The notes beneath the pieces are model-generated. The model was not told the origin of the DNA. It searched no databases and saw only the letters and a program-made list of their open reading frames with translations. This document shows positions 1 through 9,583 of a stretch of 64,000 nucleotides of DNA, piece by piece. The translations under genes were made by a program, and so were the position numbers. Location of the stretch: the NCBI GenBank assembly GCA_963727445.1, contig CAVSGI010000010.1, positions 672,001 to 736,000 on the forward strand. The letters are read 5' to 3'. Position 1 is the stretch's first letter. Every line of letters starts with the position of its first letter. The DNA is from an uncultured delta proteobacterium (GTDB lineage: Bacteria > Myxococcota_A > Polyangia > Polyangiales > B10-G4).

Positions 1-830
1 GCGCTCGTCCTCGATGCTCTGCAGAAAGTTCTCCGAATTGTCGATGCGGTAGCCGAGGGCCATGCGGGCGATGAGCGGCAGAGGATTGTCGAGCTCGCGC
101 AGGTCGGCGGTCATGAGGGCGTCGATGGAGAGCCCCATCGCGGCGGGATCGATGCCGAGATCGCTCGAAGTCGGAAGCCACCCCTGGAGCTGGCCGGCGA
201 TGGCGAGCCAGTCGTTGAGCTGCACCGGCACCTTGGCGCCGACGCGCACGTCGCCCATCACCAGGTAGAGGTTCGGGCGCCCAGTGGTGTTCGAGGTGGC
301 GAAGCTCCTTATCGATCCCCACAGCTCGAGGAATTTGTGGATGCGCCCGGTGACGCTGAGCACCCCGCCGATGCGGCTGTGCTGGTCGCCCTCGACGATG
401 AAGCTGTTGAGGGCGTAGAAGTCGAGGCCGAACTGATAGCGGAAGGTCCCCACCGGTCCGCCTTCGGCGCCGGGGACGTGAAAGCCGCCGGTGGAGCCGA
501 GGAAGGTCGACTGGTTCCGGAACTCGCGATCCCACGCGTCCTCGGTGGGCACCAGGGACGAGCCGTCGTCCTCGCGCTCTTCGGGGGTAGTGCGTCTCCG
601 CCCTCGGATTCGTCCCGCGCCTGGTCGAGATCGCTCTCGAGCTGCTGGTCCTCGTCGAAGGCGTCCTCCCAGTCGCTGCCGCCGAAGTCATCCTGGCTCT
701 GCGGCTCCTGCTGGGGCGTGTCGCCGAATTCGTCCCCGAACTCGTCGTCGAAGTCGTCCTGCGCCGCAGCCACGGACGGTGCTGACAGCACGGTGGCGAG
801 AGCGGCGCAAAGGAGTCCCGTCCGAAGCAT
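1..830 (-). pseudogene. Secreted, probable outer-membrane beta-barrel (OmpA-family-like) protein; 5' part only, frameshifted at about 583-587
   Basis: Signal peptide MLRTGLLCAALATVLSAPSVAAAQ and an acidic linker. Adding one C to the C5 run gives ...EDAWDREFRNQSTFLGSTGGFHVPGAEGGPVGTFRYQFGLDFY... with alternating beta-strand pattern, open to position 1. TACAAT -10 lies 7 nt before ATG 830. Confidence 0.6.
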
Positions 831-858
831 CCGGCGCATTGTAGGCTTTCCGGCGCGC

Positions 859-3198
859 GTGGCCAGCACGACCGACAACGAAAACGCAGGCGGGGAATCG
901 ACCCACGGCCAGCGCATCGAAGCGACCGGCTTCGTCCTGACGCGACAGTGGCGCGAGACGCGCGCTGGGATCGCCCTCACCTTCTGGCTCTGGACCGAGG
1001 ACGGGCCGATGCGCGTTCGGGTGCCCCCCGAGGAAGACGTGATGTTCGTCGAGCGCGAGACGGTGACGAAGGACGGGCGCCGCAAGCCACTCGAGCTCAC
1101 CAGCATGCGCGGATCGCCGGTCGACGGCGTCTACTTCCGGAGCCGGCGCGCGCTCCGCGCCGAGCGCGATCGCCTGCGCGCGCGCGGCGGCCACGCGCTC
1201 GAGTCCGACGTGAAGCCGGACGCGCGCTTCCTGATGGAGCGCTTCGTCACCGGCGGGATGCGCGTGCGGGGCAAGCTGACGGGCGAGGGCGCCTTCCGCG
1301 ACGTCGAAGCAGAGGAGGTGCACGCCGCCGACGTCAGCCCGCGCCTGTCCATCGTCAGCTTCGACGTCGAGAGCGACGGACCCGATGGCGAGCTCTACTC
1401 GACCGCGCTCACCGACGGCACGCGCGCCGACACTTACGTGATCGGCGAGGGCGAGGACCAGGACGGGGTCTTCTTCGTTCCCGACGAGCGGGCCCTGTTG
1501 CGCGCCATCGTCGACTTCGTTCACGCCGTCGACCCCGACGTGCTCACCGGCTGGAACGTCATCGACTTCGACATCGCCAAGCTCTGCGCACGCGCCTCCG
1601 CGTTGGGCGAGACCTTCCCCCTCGGTCGCGACTACCAGCCGGCCCGGGTGCTCCTGCCCAGCAGCTCGAACGGCGTCGCGGTGGCGCGGATCGACGGTCG
1701 AGTCGCTCTCGACGGCATCGCCACCATGCGCGCCGCGACCTTCCGCTTCGAGTCCTTCAGCCTCGACAACGTCGCCCGCGAGCTCCTCGGCCGCCAGAAG
1801 CTCGTCAGCGACGACGCGGATCGCCTCGGCGAGATCCGCCGGATGTACGCCGAGGACAAGATCGCCCTCGCCCGCTACAACTTGCTCGACGCCGAGCTCG
1901 CCCTCGAGATCGTGAAGAAGGCGCGCCTGCTCGAGTTCGCCGTGGAGCGCCAGCAGCTCACGGGCTTGCTGATGGACAAGCAGGGCGGCTCGGTGGCCGC
2001 CTTCGACCATCTCTATCTGCCGCGCCTGCATCGACACGGTCACGTAGCGCCGGACGTCGGCGCCTCGGAAGAGGTCGTGACCAGCCCCGGCGGCTACGTG
2101 ATGGATTCGGTGCCGGGCCTGCACGACAACGTCCTGGTGCTCGACTTCAAGAGCCTGTACCCGAGCATCATCCGCACCTTCGCCGTCGATCCCATGGGCC
2201 TCGCCTTCCCGGACGACGATCCGATCCCGGGTTTTCGCGACGCCACCTTCGCCCGCGAGCGACACATCCTGCCGGGCCTCATCGAGAGCCTGTGGAAGGC
2301 GCGCGACCGCGCCAAGGCGCAGGACAACCGCGAGCTCTCCACCGCGATCAAGATCCTCATGAACTCCTTCTACGGCGTGCTCGGGACGCCGGGCTGCCGC
2401 TTCTTCGACCCGCGCCTCGCGAGCTCCATCACCCGCCGCGGCCACGAGATCATCAACGCCACCAGGGACCGCGTCGAAGACGAGGGCTACCGCGTCATCT
2501 ACGGAGACACGGACTCGATCTTCGTCCTCGTCGGGAGCGGCCACGACGAAGAGCAGTGCCGCGCGGTGGGCGACGGTCTCGCGCGGCTCTTGAACGATTA
2601 CTGGAGAGCCCGCCTCGCCGAGGAGCCGCGGGTCGAGAGCGCCCTCGAGATCGAGTTCGAGACCCACTACCTGCGCTTCTTCATGCCGACGATGCGCGGC
2701 TCCGAGAAGGGCAGCAAGAAGCGCTATGCCGGCTCCGTGCGGGGCGAGGACGAAAGCGCGAAGATCGTCTTCAAGGGGCTCGAGGCGGTGCGCACCGATT
2801 GGACGCCGCTCGCCCGGCGCTTTCAGCGCGAGCTCTTCGCCCGGGTCTTCGCCGACCGCGAGTACCGCGCATGGTCGCGTTCCATCGTCGACGACCTCTA
2901 CGCCGGCGCCCTCGACGACGAGCTCGTCTATAGGAAGCGCCTCCGGCGCAGCGTAGACGAGTACGAGCACAACGTCCCGCCCCACGTGCAGGCGGCGAAG
3001 AAGCTCGACCGGCCACCCCGCGTCATCCGCTACGTGATCACCACCCGCGGCCCCGAGCCGGTGCAGGCGCGAAGCGGCGCGCGCATCGACTACGACCACT
3101 ACAAGAGCCGCCAGCTCGCCCCCGCCGCCAACGGCCTTCTGACCTTCCTCGGCACCGACTTCGAGACCATCGCCGGCAAGCAGCTCAGCCTGTTCTGA
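859..3198 (+). CDS. polB: DNA polymerase II (family B)
   Basis: GFVLTRQWRE N-terminus, exonuclease motifs SFDVES and TGWNVIDFD, polymerase motifs VLDFKSLYPSII, KILMNSFYGVLG, YGDTDS, KKRYAG, C-terminal clamp-binding QLSLF. Start set at GTG 859 because the upstream ORF extension overlaps the divergent gene. Confidence 0.97.
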   Translation: MASTTDNENAGGESTHGQRIEATGFVLTRQWRETRAGIALTFWLWTEDGPMRVRVPPEEDVMFVERETVTKDGRRKPLELTSMRGSPVDGVYFRSRRALRAERDRLRARGGHALESDVKPDARFLMERFVTGGMRVRGKLTGEGAFRDVEAEEVHAADVSPRLSIVSFDVESDGPDGELYSTALTDGTRADTYVIGEGEDQDGVFFVPDERALLRAIVDFVHAVDPDVLTGWNVIDFDIAKLCARASALGETFPLGRDYQPARVLLPSSSNGVAVARIDGRVALDGIATMRAATFRFESFSLDNVARELLGRQKLVSDDADRLGEIRRMYAEDKIALARYNLLDAELALEIVKKARLLEFAVERQQLTGLLMDKQGGSVAAFDHLYLPRLHRHGHVAPDVGASEEVVTSPGGYVMDSVPGLHDNVLVLDFKSLYPSIIRTFAVDPMGLAFPDDDPIPGFRDATFARERHILPGLIESLWKARDRAKAQDNRELSTAIKILMNSFYGVLGTPGCRFFDPRLASSITRRGHEIINATRDRVEDEGYRVIYGDTDSIFVLVGSGHDEEQCRAVGDGLARLLNDYWRARLAEEPRVESALEIEFETHYLRFFMPTMRGSEKGSKKRYAGSVRGEDESAKIVFKGLEAVRTDWTPLARRFQRELFARVFADREYRAWSRSIVDDLYAGALDDELVYRKRLRRSVDEYEHNVPPHVQAAKKLDRPPRVIRYVITTRGPEPVQARSGARIDYDHYKSRQLAPAANGLLTFLGTDFETIAGKQLSLF

Positions 3199-3243
3199 AG
3201 CGCGCTTCGGCAGTCGCACGTCGCGCCTGCTATGCTCGATCGC

Positions 3244-4302
3244 ATGAGGATGGGATTCGGACGCGCCGCAACTGCCATCGCAGCGGCGCTCTTGCTCGCG
3301 TCGTGCTTCACGAGCCATTCGGCGCCGACCGACGCGTCCGTGCGACGCGATAGCCGAGTGGTGCTCGATGGCACGGTGATCCGCGATGGCGCGCCGTTCG
3401 ACGCAGAAGAGCCGCCGCCGCCGATGGATGGCGGGGGCGAGATGTGCGGGGACGAGCTCTGCGTCAGCGGTCAGATCTGCTGCAGCGCCTGCGGCGGCCC
3501 GCCCTTCTTCTGCGCGCCTGCGTCCGCCGGCTGTCCCGACGTCACCTGTCCCCCTCCTCCGCCCGGCGGCACCGGGTACGTCGTGGACTCGTTCCAGGTC
3601 GGTGCGCCCGATCCGACCGGTGATCCGAACGTCGTGCCCGGCATGAACCTCGACGGCATGGTGAGCGACGGCTCGGATCCGGGCGGGTGCTTCCACCTGG
3701 ACTTCACCTCGCTGCCTCCAGACAACGAGCCGGGCGTCGACAACCAGATGGGCCCGATCCTCAGCGCGATCGGAGGTGGGTTCGGGGAAGATTACGCGAG
3801 CGCGATCGCCTCCGGTCAATGGCTCATCCTCCTCTCGATCGAGGACGGGAGCCGTACGATTCAGCTATACCGCGGGACCACCGCCGATGGCGGGCCGCCG
3901 CGCTCCTCCGGAGGGAGCCTTTCGCCCGGACAGGCCTTTCGGATCATCGAGCCTCTGGGGACGCTCAGCGGCCGGCCGATCGGAACGCGCTTGCGCGCCG
4001 AAGGCAGCGGCATCGTCTTCCCGTTCTCCTGGCGCTCGATGGGTTCGATCCGCTTCATCACGCCGCGCCTGTACGGGAACTTCGCGCCTGGTCGGATCTC
4101 CGCGGGCGTGCTCGGGGGCGCCTACTACGTGGATCAAGCGGTCGACGAGGTCGTCGCGGTCGACCCCACGTCCATCCCGCGCGCCCTCGCGCGCTCGGTC
4201 CTCGATTCTCAGGCGGACTTGCTCCCAGACGACACGGGCATGTGCACGGCCGTCTCGACGGGCTACACCTTCACCGCCGTCTCCGCGACCATCGTCCCCT
4301 GA
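3244..4302 (+). CDS. Hypothetical lipoprotein with a short Cys-rich segment
   Basis: Lipobox LLLASC, Cys cluster (CGDELC..QICCSAC..C..C..C), GMNLDG and GVDNQMG motifs. TATGCT -10 lies 7 nt before ATG 3244. Confidence 0.75.
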   Translation: MRMGFGRAATAIAAALLLASCFTSHSAPTDASVRRDSRVVLDGTVIRDGAPFDAEEPPPPMDGGGEMCGDELCVSGQICCSACGGPPFFCAPASAGCPDVTCPPPPPGGTGYVVDSFQVGAPDPTGDPNVVPGMNLDGMVSDGSDPGGCFHLDFTSLPPDNEPGVDNQMGPILSAIGGGFGEDYASAIASGQWLILLSIEDGSRTIQLYRGTTADGGPPRSSGGSLSPGQAFRIIEPLGTLSGRPIGTRLRAEGSGIVFPFSWRSMGSIRFITPRLYGNFAPGRISAGVLGGAYYVDQAVDEVVAVDPTSIPRALARSVLDSQADLLPDDTGMCTAVSTGYTFTAVSATIVP

Positions 4303-4309
4303 CGCGCGC

Positions 4310-4903
4310 TCAAAGGACGGTCATCACCCGCGCTTCGACGCGGAAGGCGCCCATCGGCCCGGCCATGTCGTCCCGGACGATCAAAGTGCCGGAGCGGGTG
4401 TCGAGCTGAAACGACCCGTCGGAATCGGCGGTGGTGGTCTCGGCGTCCTCGCCGACCACGCCCGGCGGGGTGTCGTAGACCGCGCAGGGGAAGTAGCCGT
4501 TGTCGACGCCACCGTAGAGGTTCGTCCCGTTGCAGGTCGCGATGGTGTGACACCAGTAGCCCATCGCGCTCGTCGAGTCCCGAACCTCGACCGTGAAGGA
4601 GCAGCTGTCGCCCGGCGAGACCGGGATCGTTCCGCCGACGCGCTCCACCGTGGCCACGATGGTCCGCATGCTTGCCGCGGGCCGAGGCGTGGGAACGATC
4701 ACCAGCGGCATCGGCGGCGGTCCCGGCGCTTCCACCGAGCCCGTGCCGCCACCCCCGTAGGGATCCTGGAAGGCCGCGATTTGGCTCTGCTGCTCCTGGT
4801 AATAGAAGAAGCCGACGACACCGAACACGCAGCACCCGAAGATGGAGAGGAGGCCGCAGCCTCCAGCCACGTAGAGCAGTGGCGAGGTCTTCTTCTCGGT
4901 CAT
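4310..4903 (-). CDS. Hypothetical single-pass membrane protein
   Basis: N-terminal TM segment with GC...GCC, Pro-rich linker, Cys-containing beta domain; GC3-biased codons. Confidence 0.75.
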   Translation of the reverse strand: MTEKKTSPLLYVAGGCGLLSIFGCCVFGVVGFFYYQEQQSQIAAFQDPYGGGGTGSVEAPGPPPMPLVIVPTPRPAASMRTIVATVERVGGTIPVSPGDSCSFTVEVRDSTSAMGYWCHTIATCNGTNLYGGVDNGYFPCAVYDTPPGVVGEDAETTTADSDGSFQLDTRSGTLIVRDDMAGPMGAFRVEARVMTVL

Positions 4904-4909
4904 GGGCGG

Positions 4910-4919
4910 AGCGTATCAT
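4910..4919. promoter_or_regulatory. Overlapping bidirectional -10 elements (TACGCT on minus, TATCAT on plus)
   Basis: Each hexamer lies 6 nt from a divergent ATG (4903 and 4926); no RBS in the 22-bp gap. Confidence 0.6.
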
Positions 4920-4925
4920 CGGCCG

Positions 4926-5447
4926 ATGCGGGGTGGCTCACGAAGAAGGACCCGGCCCGATGAATCGGCAAAGCCCAGCTACATCACGGCCGAGGGGTAC
5001 CGGCGCCTCGAGGAGGAGGCGCACCAGCTCTGGAACGTGGAGCGCCCGAGGATGGCCAAGGCGGTCCAGGTGGCGGCCGCCGAGGGCGACCGGTCGGAGA
5101 ACGCCGAGTATCAGTATTCGAAGCGCAAGCTGGCCGAGATCGACCGGCGGCTGACCTTCCTCGGCAAGCGCCTGGACGTCCTCACCATCGTCTCGGACCC
5201 CCCGCCGGAAGACGGCAAGGTCTACTTCGCGAGCTACGTCACCCTCGAGGACGAGGAAGGGGAGCAGGTGGTCTACCGCCTGGTCGGCCCCGACGAGACC
5301 GACGCCGAGCGCGGCTTCATCAGCATCGAGTCCCCGGTGGCCAAGGCGATCCGCGGTCGCGAAGAGGGCGACGAGGTGGAGGTGCGGCGGCCGCGCGGCG
5401 CTACCGTCTACGAGATCGTCCGTGTCGCCAATACGCCGCCACGATGA
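4926..5447 (+). CDS. greB: Transcription elongation factor GreB
   Basis: YITAEGYRRLEEE..LWNVERP, AAAEGDRSENAEYQYSKRKLAEIDRR, ISIESPVAKA. Confidence 0.95.
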   Translation: MRGGSRRRTRPDESAKPSYITAEGYRRLEEEAHQLWNVERPRMAKAVQVAAAEGDRSENAEYQYSKRKLAEIDRRLTFLGKRLDVLTIVSDPPPEDGKVYFASYVTLEDEEGEQVVYRLVGPDETDAERGFISIESPVAKAIRGREEGDEVEVRRPRGATVYEIVRVANTPPR

Positions 5448-6798
5448 TGAGGAACGCGGCGTAGGCCGGACCCTGCGAAGGCGGCGCGGCGACGCCGCAG
5501 CCGCAGCCGTCCGAGGAGCCATCGGGCGGCGGCTCGGCGCCCGCGTCCGTCGACGCGGCGTCGGGGGCGCCGCTGTCGACCGCCGCCGCGTCCGCCCCGC
5601 CACCACCGTCCGCGCCGCCGTCGACCGCAGCGTCTGCGCGGCCCGCGTCCGGGGCCGCCCGGCCGAAGTCACGCAAGAGGTCGTCGAACCACTCGGTGCA
5701 GGTGGCGGTGACGTCGCTCGGAGGCGCACAGGTCGAGGGCCCGGTGACGCGATCGAAGGTCAACAGCGGCGTCAGCGCGGTGGGGTCGGACAAGGGCGCG
5801 GTCCCCAGCGAGAAGCCGTCGGCGCCGGCAAGGCCGTTACCGCAGACGTAGAGGACGTCGTCCCGGATCTCGAGACACGCCACGTCGAGGTTGCGGTTGA
5901 GGAGATCCAGCATGGTCCCGTCGGGGCTGCGCAACAGGCCCTGCTCCGAGTTGCCGTAGAAGAGGGTCCCGTCGGGGGCGCGGGCGAAGCCGAAGGGACG
6001 ACCGTTGGGCACCGGCGCCGCGGCCAGGGTGTCGATGGTGCGAAAGCTCGCGCCCGCGTCCTCGGAGATGATCAGGCGATCGGTGAGCTCCCCTTTGACC
6101 CAGGCGTAGACCGTATCGGGATCGGTGGGATGGACCGCGAGGAGGTTCAGCTCGAGCTCGTCCGCCTCGTAGGAGAAGGGATGCGCGGCGAAGGTCGCCC
6201 CACCGTCGTCGGAGGTGTAGACCGCCGGCATGGCGCTGGTCCCCACCATCGGAGGCGCTTCGGCGCTCACGTAGATGCGGTCGGGGTCCGAGGGCGCGGT
6301 CCGCACCCGCTCCGGCAGAAACGGCGCGGGGATGCCGCCCGCGGTCGGAGTGAAAGTGAGGCCATCACTCGATCGGTAGACGTGATTGTCGACGGCCACG
6401 TCGGATTGAAGGGCGAGCACCGCGCCGGTCGACGGATCGATCGAGACGTCGGCGACGAAGCTTCCGTCGAGCGCCGCGGGGATCGCGCTCCATCCGCAAC
6501 CGCGCGTGTCACTGCGGCGTAGCGCATCGCGTTGGGCGAGGAAGAGCGCGGCGCCGGGTCCGAGGACGGTGGGATTGGTGAAACCGAGGCGCCCCGAGGG
6601 GATGGACTGGACGCAGATCCACTGCCAGGTGGCCCCGCCGTCGGTGGTCTCGAGCAAGCCGAAAGTGGCGACCACCATCATGTGGTCGGCGTCGTCCGGG
6701 TCGAAGAGGACCGCCTGACTCTGGGGGACGCCACCATGTGCGTGCACGACCCCGGCAGAAAGAAGAACGGCGGAGAGGATGGCGACGACCCGGAACAT
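5401..6798 (-). CDS. MYXO-CTERM-anchored BNR/Asp-box beta-propeller surface protein
   Basis: Signal peptide, repeated S/T-x-D-G-G-x-T-W/F Asp boxes, DAG-rich linker, C-terminal GCGC + hydrophobic segment + RRR. Its 3' end overlaps greB by 47 bp. Confidence 0.85.
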   Translation of the reverse strand: MFRVVAILSAVLLSAGVVHAHGGVPQSQAVLFDPDDADHMMVVATFGLLETTDGGATWQWICVQSIPSGRLGFTNPTVLGPGAALFLAQRDALRRSDTRGCGWSAIPAALDGSFVADVSIDPSTGAVLALQSDVAVDNHVYRSSDGLTFTPTAGGIPAPFLPERVRTAPSDPDRIYVSAEAPPMVGTSAMPAVYTSDDGGATFAAHPFSYEADELELNLLAVHPTDPDTVYAWVKGELTDRLIISEDAGASFRTIDTLAAAPVPNGRPFGFARAPDGTLFYGNSEQGLLRSPDGTMLDLLNRNLDVACLEIRDDVLYVCGNGLAGADGFSLGTAPLSDPTALTPLLTFDRVTGPSTCAPPSDVTATCTEWFDDLLRDFGRAAPDAGRADAAVDGGADGGGGADAAAVDSGAPDAASTDAGAEPPPDGSSDGCGCGVAAPPSQGPAYAAFLIIVAAYWRHGRSRRR

Positions 6799-6889
6799 CG
6801 GGCGTGAGGATAGCGTTGTCGGCGCGGTGGTGCAGGCGTCTAAGTTGCGCTGAGGGACGTTTGTGCCCACCGTTGAGGGCGACCCGTCC

Positions 6890-7981
6890 ATGGGAACCGA
6901 GTCGAAACCGTGGTTGATCTGGCTCACGGCCTTCGCGTCCGCGGCGGTCCATGCGGGCGCAGCCGCGGGCGTCGTGGCCTTCGGGCACGCCCTGCCATCG
7001 GGCGACGCGGCGACCATCAGCGAGGTGGACTTCGTCGTGCTCGACCTTCCCGAAGAGTCGCCAGCGCCGGAGCCCCTGGTCGACCCCTTGCCGCTCCCCG
7101 AAGAGCCGCCGAGGCTCGCGAGCCTCGTCCGCGATCGCGCGGCGGAGCATCCGCTCTCGACGGCCGTCGAAGAGCACACCCTCCTCCCCGAGCCCGAGCC
7201 CCGCCCCGAGGAAGAGGAGGAGCGCGAGCGTGAGCGCCGGCAGCCGATGGTCTCCCTCGACCCGACTTCAGTCGCGGCTGCCTCGGTCGTCTTCGACGAC
7301 GACCCCTCCCCGCCCCGGCCACAGCCGCCCGCGAGCGGGCGGGGCGAGCGGTCCGAGGAAGCGCTCGAAGCGCAGCTCGGGGGAGCGCTCCAAGGCGCGG
7401 CCAACGCACGCCCCCACGTGAGCCATCGCCCGCCGCCCCGGCTTCGCGCGCGCACCGACGGCAGCTACGCCTTCCACGGACACCTCTTCGACGCGGTGAT
7501 CGCCCGCGATGGACGCGTGCGCTTCTCCGATCGCGGCGGCGTCGAGATGAACAGCCCGAACCTCGGTCCGAACGGGCTCATTCCGTCGGGGACGTTCGAC
7601 GTCACCGACTCGATCGAGCGCGCGCGAGGCAACGACCCCTTCCGCTACGAACGCGACTGGTTCATGCGACAGACGCGCGAGCTGCGCGAACGCCTCGAGG
7701 ACGAGAGCTCCGCGCGAGAGCAGCAACACGGGATGGCCGCCCTCCGCGGCTCGCTCCGGCGCATCTGGGGCGGACGCGGCACGGACCCGCAGCGCCGCGC
7801 GCGGATCTTCAGTCTCTGGGACGACTGCGCGGAGGACGAGGTCGGCCACCGAGCGCGCGCCGCCATCATCGGATTCGTCCGCGAGACGCTGCCGCAGGGC
7901 AGTCCGGGCGCCTTCACGGAAGGCGAGCTCCGGCGCCTGAACGCCGAGCGCCTGAGCCGCGAGCCTTTCGCGCCGTACTGA
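6890..7981 (+). CDS. Hypothetical protein with TonB-like N-terminal anchor and Pro/Glu linker
   Basis: N-terminal TM with SAAVHAG (SxxxH), PEPEP linker, globular C-terminus. Confidence 0.7.
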   Translation: MGTESKPWLIWLTAFASAAVHAGAAAGVVAFGHALPSGDAATISEVDFVVLDLPEESPAPEPLVDPLPLPEEPPRLASLVRDRAAEHPLSTAVEEHTLLPEPEPRPEEEEERERERRQPMVSLDPTSVAAASVVFDDDPSPPRPQPPASGRGERSEEALEAQLGGALQGAANARPHVSHRPPPRLRARTDGSYAFHGHLFDAVIARDGRVRFSDRGGVEMNSPNLGPNGLIPSGTFDVTDSIERARGNDPFRYERDWFMRQTRELRERLEDESSAREQQHGMAALRGSLRRIWGGRGTDPQRRARIFSLWDDCAEDEVGHRARAAIIGFVRETLPQGSPGAFTEGELRRLNAERLSREPFAPY

Positions 7982-8005
7982 GCGGGCGCGATATGCTTCC
8001 GCTCC

Positions 8006-9577
8006 GTGGAGCTTGGCGGCGGCAAGTATCGGCTCGGAGAACAGCTCGGAGTGGGCGGCATGGGCGCCGTCTACGAAGCGACGCACGTGGATCTCGGGCG
8101 CTTGGTGGCGATCAAGGTCTTGAACGAGAAGAACCGCGCGTCGGCCGAGCGCCGGGAACGCTTCCATCGCGAGGCGATGATCGCGGGTCGACTCGAACAT
8201 CCGCACATCGTCGACGTGCTGGACGTCTCGCCTGGTAGCGACGAAGAGCCGCCCTATCTCGTCATGGAGAAGCTCCAGGGGCGTACCCTGACCGCGTTGA
8301 TGCGAGAAGAAGGAGCGCTGGACGCGCACCGCGCCGCACGCCTCGCGCTGCAACTGCTCTCCGCGCTCGCCGCGGCGCACGCCGAGGGGGTGGTTCACCG
8401 CGACCTCAAGCCCGCGAACCTGATGATCACCAGCGGCTACGACGGCGGCGAGCACCTCAAAGTGCTCGACTTCGGGATCGCCCGCCTGATGCCCGAGACG
8501 GGGGCCGAGAAGCTCACGCATACCGGCCAGGTCCTCGGCACCCTGAACTACATGGCGCCCGAGCAGGCCGTGGGCAGCCCGGTGGATACGCGCGCCGACA
8601 TCTACGCCGCAGGCGCGGTGCTCTACTCCATGCTCGCTGGAGTGCCGCCGATTCCGGGGAAGAACGCGGCCGAGGTGATGGCGCGGGTGATCGCCGGGGA
8701 GTGGGAGCCGCTGAGCACCGTCCGGCCGGACGTGCCGAAGCTCGCGGGGGTCGTGCAGCGCGCGATGGCGATGAATCCCGAGCGGCGCTTCGCCTCGGCG
8801 AGGGAGATGAGCGCGGCGATCGAAGCCGCCGTGCCGGACGACGCGGACGCCTTCCTCTCCTCACCAGGCGCCGCGCCACCCGCGACACGCGCCCCTTCGG
8901 CCGAATCCCTCCCACCCGACACCCCAGTGAACGAAGCCGGTTCGGCTCGCGTCGAGAGGTCCGGCCCGCGACCGATCGTGCTCCTGCTCGCCGCGCTCGC
9001 GGCGGCCGTCCTGGCCGCATTGCTCGTCTTGTTCGTGCGCGGCGAGGACCACCCACGGCCGTCGGTCGACGCGCCAGCCCCACCACCACCGGCGCCAGCG
9101 GTGCCCGTGGCCGTGGAAGCCGCGCCGATGCAACCAGCAGCGAGGCCGGAAGCCGATGACGACGCAGACGTGGGACCGCCTCGAGCCGATGAGGATTCGA
9201 CCGAAACGGAAGCACGCGCGCACATGCAGACGGAGCGATCAGGCGCCGGAGCCCGAGGACCGAGCTGCCCGGCCTACATCGGGAGCCACGGCTCCCTGGA
9301 GGCCCGACACAACTACAGCACCCAGTTGCACTTCGGCCTCGAGCGCGCCCGCCACATCGCCGTCACGGAGTGCTTGAACGACGCACATCCCGGGTCGATG
9401 CTCGTGTCGATTCGCATCGATGCTCAGTCCCGCCCCACCCGGGTGCGCCTGTCGAACGCCAACTTCCTGTCGTCCACCGAACGCGCGTGCATCCGCCGCG
9501 CACTCTCGGCATCCGACTGGAGCAGCTTCGTGGGACCGGACGACCTGGCCTTCAACATGAATGTCGAGTGTCTCTGA
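8006..9577 (+). CDS. Transmembrane Ser/Thr protein kinase with a TonB-C/AgmX-like periplasmic domain
   Basis: GVGGMGAVY, VAIKVL, HRDLKPAN, DFG, YMAPE; TM helix; C-terminal C...VSIRID...CIRRAL domain. Confidence 0.93.
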   Translation: MELGGGKYRLGEQLGVGGMGAVYEATHVDLGRLVAIKVLNEKNRASAERRERFHREAMIAGRLEHPHIVDVLDVSPGSDEEPPYLVMEKLQGRTLTALMREEGALDAHRAARLALQLLSALAAAHAEGVVHRDLKPANLMITSGYDGGEHLKVLDFGIARLMPETGAEKLTHTGQVLGTLNYMAPEQAVGSPVDTRADIYAAGAVLYSMLAGVPPIPGKNAAEVMARVIAGEWEPLSTVRPDVPKLAGVVQRAMAMNPERRFASAREMSAAIEAAVPDDADAFLSSPGAAPPATRAPSAESLPPDTPVNEAGSARVERSGPRPIVLLLAALAAAVLAALLVLFVRGEDHPRPSVDAPAPPPPAPAVPVAVEAAPMQPAARPEADDDADVGPPRADEDSTETEARAHMQTERSGAGARGPSCPAYIGSHGSLEARHNYSTQLHFGLERARHIAVTECLNDAHPGSMLVSIRIDAQSRPTRVRLSNANFLSSTERACIRRALSASDWSSFVGPDDLAFNMNVECL

Positions 9578-9583
9578 AGCGGC

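Noticed and set aside
337..858. N-terminal extension of polB, and similar extensions of the ORFs at 5401-7455, 15783, 26349 and 52917
   Set aside because: They overlap neighbouring real genes; downstream starts fit signal peptides, stop-start overlaps or -10 elements.
831..858. LexA/SOS box upstream of polB
   Set aside because: No convincing palindrome or known box in the 28-bp gap.
688..3819. Long antisense or alternate-frame ORFs (e.g. 688-3819, 22858-24816, 29320-31422, 50080-51609)
   Set aside because: Shadow ORFs of high-GC genes; they overlap motif-supported CDSs and have no recognisable domains.
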